A stretch of DNA of 64,000 nucleotides from a bacterium (GTDB taxonomy: Bacteria > 4484-113 > JAFGCY01). The DNA is taken from contig JAGRNT010000007.1 in the NCBI GenBank assembly GCA_020440605.1, positions 55,083 to 119,082 on the forward strand. Reading direction: 5' to 3'. Under the pieces are notes generated by a model. It was not told the origin of the DNA. It did not search any database and was given only the letters and a program-made list of their open reading frames with translations. Both the position numbers and the translations under genes were made by a program. Shown here piece after piece: positions 59,483-64,000 of this stretch (position 1 is the stretch's first letter; each line of letters starts with the position of its first letter).

Positions 59483-59585
59483 GTCTACCTCCTGGGAATT
59501 CAGGCTGATTGTATGCCAGGCTTTCTCCATACTTATCATGCAGAAGCGTGATCTGTCCGCTGGCGCCGCCTGCTAGGCTCTGCCG

Positions 59586-61031
59586 GTGAGTGAATCGACA
59601 ACCCGGCCCGTGCTGCTGCTGCTCAGGCGTGACCTGCGCCTCGCCGACAATCCGGCCCTGCTGGAGGCTGCGCACAGCGGGCTGCCGGTGCATGCCGTGT
59701 ACGTCTGGCCCGCTGCCGGACAGGCAAGCAGGCCGGGTCAAGTTGCAGCAGCCTGGTATCTGCGGAACTTCACGGCCTTCGCCGCTGAACTGCAGGAAGA
59801 ATGCGGGCTGACAGTGGATCTGCTGCAGGGCAGCCTGGAGGAAGTGTTCCTAAAGCTGCGGACGCAGCATGCCTACGGCGCGGTAATGCTCAACGCCGGA
59901 CATGACCCGCCGGCGCTGGCTGAGGAAGTGGAGCTGCAGCAGGCCTGCCGGGATGCGGATGTGGATTGTCTGATGCTGCCTGCCAATACACTGCTGCCAA
60001 CCGGTGCGGTGCTGAACAAGGATGGCAATAGCTTCCGGGTATTCACACCCTATTACAAGCGCTTCCTCGAACGCTACCGGCACCAGCCGCCGCTGGCGCA
60101 GCCGGGCAGGATGCGGGATGCCGGACTGTCCGGCCAGGGGGATTCAGTTGAGTCGATGCTGCAGGAGATCCCGGAAGCCCATCGTGATGCGGCCTCACAC
60201 TGGGAGCCGGGGGAGCAGGCTGCCCGGGACTGCATGGAGCAGTTCATCGCCAGGCACCTGCGGGAGTATGGCAGCGACCGCCACAGCCTGGAAATCAGCG
60301 GGACATCACGGATCTCGGCCTGGCTGCAGGCCGGCGTGATCAGCACCCGCCAGGTCTGGGAACTGGTGCAGCAGGCCCGTGAGCGGGATCCCGCACTGGC
60401 GGATGGCGCAGCGATCTTCCAGCGCCAGCTGATCTGGCGCGAGTTCGCGATGCAGGTGCTGGATGACAATCCGCAGCTGCCGGACAGACCACTGCAGGAG
60501 AAGTTCGCGGCCTTTCCCTGGCAGGAGGACAAGGCAGCTCTTGCAGCCTGGCAGTCCGGGCAGACGGGCTACCCGGTCGTGGATGCCGCAATGCGCCAGC
60601 TGACCAGCGAGGGCTGGATGCCGGGCAGGGCCCGGATGGTGGTTGCCAGTTTCCTCGTGAAGCACCTGCTGCAGCCCTGGCAGCAGGGCGAGGCCTGGTT
60701 TGCGGACTGGCTGATTGACTACGACCTGTCATGCAACGCCTTCAACTGGCAATGGGTGGCGGGTTGTGGCACGGATGCAGCTCCGTACTTCCGCATCTTC
60801 AACCCGATCCTGCAGGGACGGAAATTCGATGCGGATGGCACATACGTGCGGCAATGGCTGCCCGAACTGGCTGACCTGCCTGACAAGGTGCTGCACAGCC
60901 CCTGGGAGGCCTCACCACTGGAACTGCAGGCGGCGGGCATCAGCCTGGGAAATGACTATCCCCAACCCCTGATCGAGCATGGTCTTGCCAGGAAGCGGGC
61001 CCTGGATGCCCTGAGCAGGATCAGCTCCTGA
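59586..61031 (+). CDS. phr: deoxyribodipyrimidine photolyase / cryptochrome family FAD-binding protein
   Basis: N-terminal alpha/beta domain (LRLADNPAL) and FAD-binding domain (TSRISAWLQAGVIS, WREF, NWQWVAG); GTG start. Confidence 0.85.
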   Translation: MSESTTRPVLLLLRRDLRLADNPALLEAAHSGLPVHAVYVWPAAGQASRPGQVAAAWYLRNFTAFAAELQEECGLTVDLLQGSLEEVFLKLRTQHAYGAVMLNAGHDPPALAEEVELQQACRDADVDCLMLPANTLLPTGAVLNKDGNSFRVFTPYYKRFLERYRHQPPLAQPGRMRDAGLSGQGDSVESMLQEIPEAHRDAASHWEPGEQAARDCMEQFIARHLREYGSDRHSLEISGTSRISAWLQAGVISTRQVWELVQQARERDPALADGAAIFQRQLIWREFAMQVLDDNPQLPDRPLQEKFAAFPWQEDKAALAAWQSGQTGYPVVDAAMRQLTSEGWMPGRARMVVASFLVKHLLQPWQQGEAWFADWLIDYDLSCNAFNWQWVAGCGTDAAPYFRIFNPILQGRKFDADGTYVRQWLPELADLPDKVLHSPWEASPLELQAAGISLGNDYPQPLIEHGLARKRALDALSRISS

Positions 61032-61143
61032 TTGTTTACCTACTGCCTGGTGCATGCCCTGAGGCAATGCACTTCTCATTCAATTATCCTCATGAGAATT
61101 GTGAGATTCCCATGTATAAATTGGTTTTAAGCTAGTTTTTCCT

Positions 61144-61172
61144 TGACAAAATTGTGAGTGCAGCGAATACTG
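61144..61172 (+). promoter_or_regulatory. sigma70-like promoter TTGACA-N17-AATACT
   Basis: perfect -35; -10 ends 6 nt before ATG 61178 (possible leaderless transcript). Confidence 0.4.
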
Positions 61173-61177
61173 CTGCG

Positions 61178-61561
61178 ATGTTTCCCCGATGCCAGAACTG
61201 TGAATCCGTTCTGCGCTGGAGTATGACCCAGGAGAGCCGTAACGATCCGGCCCTGCATAACTACCGGCTCTGTGCCTGTTGCACAGAGCGCCAATGCCGC
61301 CTGTGGGGTGTTGTGCAGCTAACCATCATCGATCTGAGTCGCACATTCTTCCTCAGCCTTCGCAGCACCCCGCGGATTCCAGCTGGAAGCCTTTTGCGGG
61401 CGGAGATAATCGTTCAGCAGCGGCACTGCAATGATGAACTGCCTCCAGGGCTGCAGATAATTGCAGTAACGGTGGAAGAACCCCAGGCCTGCGGAGTTTA
61501 TGCACTGGAGGAACTTGTGCTCCATTCTTGTCCCCTGCCTGGCAGTACCCGTCGCAATTGA
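61178..61561 (+). CDS. hypothetical Cys-rich (Zn-ribbon-like) protein
   Basis: CxxC...CxCCxxxxC near N-terminus; low-GC context; start uncertain (track uses GTG 61154). Confidence 0.35.
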   Translation: MFPRCQNCESVLRWSMTQESRNDPALHNYRLCACCTERQCRLWGVVQLTIIDLSRTFFLSLRSTPRIPAGSLLRAEIIVQQRHCNDELPPGLQIIAVTVEEPQACGVYALEELVLHSCPLPGSTRRN

Positions 61562-61602
61562 TCCCGGAATAGACCTGTCGTGAACAGCATTGTTTCCGGG
61601 AG

Positions 61603-62040
61603 CTACTCAGGTTTGGTCTGCTGGTCATCCCGATCAGACTGCGTAGTTCTGCCCTGATTGATGAATTTGATCACCGTTGACTCAACTGTGTCACCGCTCT
61701 CCATCGCGTACTTGCGGATCCAGTCCAGCAGCAACCGCTTTTCCAGCTCCAGCTCCTCCACATGGGACTTGAGCTGGTGAAAGCTCTTCTGCACATCCTG
61801 CCATTCACGGTCCTCGCGGGTTTGTAGGCCGAACTGCTCATCCATGCTGAAGCCGGCCAGTTCGTGGAGCTTGAGGATCACATCAAAATATGGACGCTTC
61901 ACATTGCCACGCACCAGGTTCCGCATCGGTTCGTAGTTCATGCCTACCATTTCCGCGATCTGCGCGAGACTTAAACCTGATTCGGACTGGAGTTTCTCAA
62001 CACATCTAACAATCGCTGTGTCCAGTTTGGTACGTGTCAT
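61603..62040 (-). CDS. XRE-type HTH domain protein with coiled coil (paralog of 46745..47275)
   Basis: LSLAQIAEMVGMNYEPMRNL HTH; LAGFSMDEQFGL block. Confidence 0.6.
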   Translation of the reverse strand: MTRTKLDTAIVRCVEKLQSESGLSLAQIAEMVGMNYEPMRNLVRGNVKRPYFDVILKLHELAGFSMDEQFGLQTREDREWQDVQKSFHQLKSHVEELELEKRLLLDWIRKYAMESGDTVESTVIKFINQGRTTQSDRDDQQTKPE

Positions 62041-62085
62041 TGAGATATTCTACCAACCTTGAGTCGCAACTGATACCACTGTTGA

Positions 62086-62111
62086 TTGGCAAATTTCAGT
62101 TTAATTGCCAA
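62086..62111. promoter_or_regulatory. inverted repeat TTGGCAA-N12-TTGCCAA in AT-rich divergent region between HTH and receiver genes
   Basis: seen directly; 45 nt upstream of HTH gene start. Confidence 0.35.
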
Positions 62112-62311
62112 CATTCGTGTGTTCAATTATTGCAAAATACAATATTGGAGTGGAAGTCAGCAGTAAATCATGCTAGTTTCCCTTGGAAAACACGTTTTTC
62201 AGCTATCACGGATTGGAAACAGCCACTCCTGAATGAATACCGGATTTTTCGCCAACTGTTTCATTGTTGAATGCCTGATTAGGAAATCGGAAATCAACTG
62301 CTGGAGACTTC

Positions 62312-62755
62312 ATGCGCGCCTTGATCATCGACGACAGTTCAATCTTCCGCAGGAGAATGTCATGCCTGCTGTGCTTTCTTGGCCACAGTGTCTGTGGAAT
62401 GGCTGAAGACGGCGTGATCGGAGCAGAGCTGGTGGGGATGCACCGGCCTGACTTCGTGATCCTCGACAACGAACTTGCCGGAATGCGTGGGGTTGAATGC
62501 GTCAGCCTGATCCGCCTTGCCAATCCCGGAAGCCGGATCATCCTGGTAAGCGGGGGCATCACTCCGGAGGAAGCGCTGGAGCTGTCACGGATGGGAACTG
62601 ATGCCGTGCTGCTCAAGCCGATCAGCGAGGCCAAACTGGCCAATCTGCTGCGCGGCTTCTCTCTGATGGAACAATTCAGTTCTCCCGGGGAAAGCCCGGC
62701 CTTGGTTAGAATTGAGGCTGGAGGCAGCAGTGGAAACAGTGAAACAGATACCTGA
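62312..62755 (+). CDS. stand-alone CheY-like receiver protein (paralog)
   Basis: [17 protein letters not shown] motifs. Confidence 0.75.
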   Translation: MRALIIDDSSIFRRRMSCLLCFLGHSVCGMAEDGVIGAELVGMHRPDFVILDNELAGMRGVECVSLIRLANPGSRIILVSGGITPEEALELSRMGTDAVLLKPISEAKLANLLRGFSLMEQFSSPGESPALVRIEAGGSSGNSETDT

Positions 62756-64000
62756 TCCGGCCATATTCGAGAAGCTCGGGGTGTTCTACCTCGGAGCCGA
62801 GCGCGAAAGCGTTGCCAGTGGCACGATGCAGCCCGTGCTCTACGACTCACGCGACCTGACCACGCATGCGGTCTGTGTGGGCATGACCGGCAGCGGCAAG
62901 ACGGGGCTCTGCACCTGCCTGCTGGAAGAGGCTGCGCTGGACGGAATCCCGGCGATCGTGATCGACCCCAAGGGTGATCTTGCCAACCTGCTGCTGACCT
63001 TCCCGGACCTGTCCGCCGAGAGCTTCGAGCGCTGGATCGACCCGGGCAGCGCCCAGCGCAAGGGCCAGAGCGTGGCTGAGTTTGCGGCGGCCACCGCCGA
63101 ACTCTGGCGCAGAGGTCTGGCGGGCTGGGGTGAGGACGGCGAGCGGATCGCTGCCCTGCGCCGCGCAGTCGAGATGCGGATCTACACGCCGGGCAGTGAC
63201 AGCGGCCTGCCGCTCTCCGTGCTGAAGTCCTTCAGTGCTCCGCCGGCGGAGATCATCAATGATGGCGACGCCTTCCGTGAACGGATCTCCGGCAGCGTAA
63301 GCGGGCTTCTGACCCTGCTCGGGATCGACGCCGATCCGCTGCGCAGCCGCGAGCACATCCTGCTGGCGAGCATCCTTGACAACGAATGGAAGGCTGGACG
63401 GGACTGCGGCCTGCCTGAGCTGATCCGCCTGATCAGCACGCCGCCCTTCAGCCAGGTGGGCATCCTCGACCTGGAGAGCTTCTATCCCGGCAAGGAGCGC
63501 ATGGAACTGGCGGTCACGCTCAACAACCTGCTGGCCTCGCCGAGCTTCGGGGCCTGGGCGGTCGGTGAGCCGCTCGACGTGCAGTCCCTGCTCTGGTCGC
63601 CGGAGGGCCGGCCGCGGGTTTCAATCCTCTACATCGCACATCTAAGTGAAGCTGAGCGGATGTTCTTCGTGACCCTGCTCCTCAACGAGGTGGTGAGCTG
63701 GGTCCGCCGCCAGACCGGCACCGGCAGCCTGCGCGCGCTGCTCTACATGGATGAGGTGTTCGGCTACCTGCCGCCTGTTGCCAATCCGCCCAGCAAGGCC
63801 CCGATGCTGACCCTGCTCAAGCAGGCCCGGGCCTTCGGCCTGGGACTGGTACTGGCAACGCAGAATCCGGTGGATCTCGACTACAAAGCGCTCTCCAATG
63901 CGGGCACCTGGCTGCTCGGACGCCTGCAGACCGAACGCGACAAGCAGCGCATGATCGACGGGCTGATCGGGGCCCAGGGCGGGAGCGGGCTGGACCGCGA
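62730..64000 (+). CDS. HerA-like / DUF853 (YjgR-type) P-loop NTPase, 3'-partial
   Basis: not in ORF track (no stop in window); GGAGG-N6-GTG start; Walker [16 protein letters not shown], Walker [19 protein letters not shown]; overlaps receiver gene by 26 nt. Confidence 0.65.
   Translation, partial: METVKQIPDPAIFEKLGVFYLGAERESVASGTMQPVLYDSRDLTTHAVCVGMTGSGKTGLCTCLLEEAALDGIPAIVIDPKGDLANLLLTFPDLSAESFERWIDPGSAQRKGQSVAEFAAATAELWRRGLAGWGEDGERIAALRRAVEMRIYTPGSDSGLPLSVLKSFSAPPAEIINDGDAFRERISGSVSGLLTLLGIDADPLRSREHILLASILDNEWKAGRDCGLPELIRLISTPPFSQVGILDLESFYPGKERMELAVTLNNLLASPSFGAWAVGEPLDVQSLLWSPEGRPRVSILYIAHLSEAERMFFVTLLLNEVVSWVRRQTGTGSLRALLYMDEVFGYLPPVANPPSKAPMLTLLKQARAFGLGLVLATQNPVDLDYKALSNAGTWLLGRLQTERDKQRMIDGLIGAQGGSGLDR

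Overview
This is a 64 kb window of high-GC (roughly 65%) bacterial chromosome. It carries several clearly annotatable blocks and a number of features that annotation pipelines would likely miss. Coordinates below are in kb within the window.

Annotatable content, in order:
- Housekeeping genes rpiA and pyk.
- A large FG-GAP/ASPIC lipoprotein that contains an internal tandem duplication.
- An ArsR/SmtB metalloregulator.
- Two tandem DUF2207 membrane-protein paralogs.
- An ECF sigma / anti-sigma factor pair.
- A divergent pair of S8 subtilases with dockerin-like C-termini.
- A 2094-aa multi-PAS hybrid histidine kinase.
- A GntR-SPFH-ABC transporter operon.
- A complete Pho regulon, all on the minus strand: phoB, phoR, two tandem pstS copies, pstC, pstA, pstB and phoU. 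A 1375-aa lipoprotein 5'-nucleotidase/phosphoesterase lies nearby.
- A photolyase, and a partial HerA-like ATPase at the 3' end of the window.

Observations beyond standard annotation:
1. A conserved triple direct-repeat, Pho-box-like motif (TTCAC-N6-TTCAC-N4-TTCACA) sits upstream of both pstS copies and of the giant nucleotidase.
2. An unannotated 52-aa Cys-rich ORF (9 Cys) lies directly downstream of the ArsR/SmtB regulator. It is a candidate novel metallothionein-like peptide.
3. A modular, mosaic intergenic repeat family has a nested double-hairpin core (GGAGTG-GTAGCTCTGAGAGCTAC-AGGGCCTT-GTCGGTCTAAGACCGAC-CACTCC). It is present at at least seven loci and brackets small single genes (kptA, queD, and a Sel1-repeat gene).
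4. A duplicated two-gene module (paralogous XRE-type HTH protein plus a stand-alone CheY-like receiver) occurs at two loci, 46.7-49.1 and 61.0-62.8 kb, with AT-rich intergenic regions that share a GTTGATTG(G/C)CA motif. At the second locus the receiver gene overlaps a HerA-like P-loop ATPase gene by 26 nt, and a Zn-ribbon-like small protein lies next to it in a low-GC patch.

Antisense ORFs of up to about 1000 aa opposite the large genes are judged to be GC-driven artefacts.
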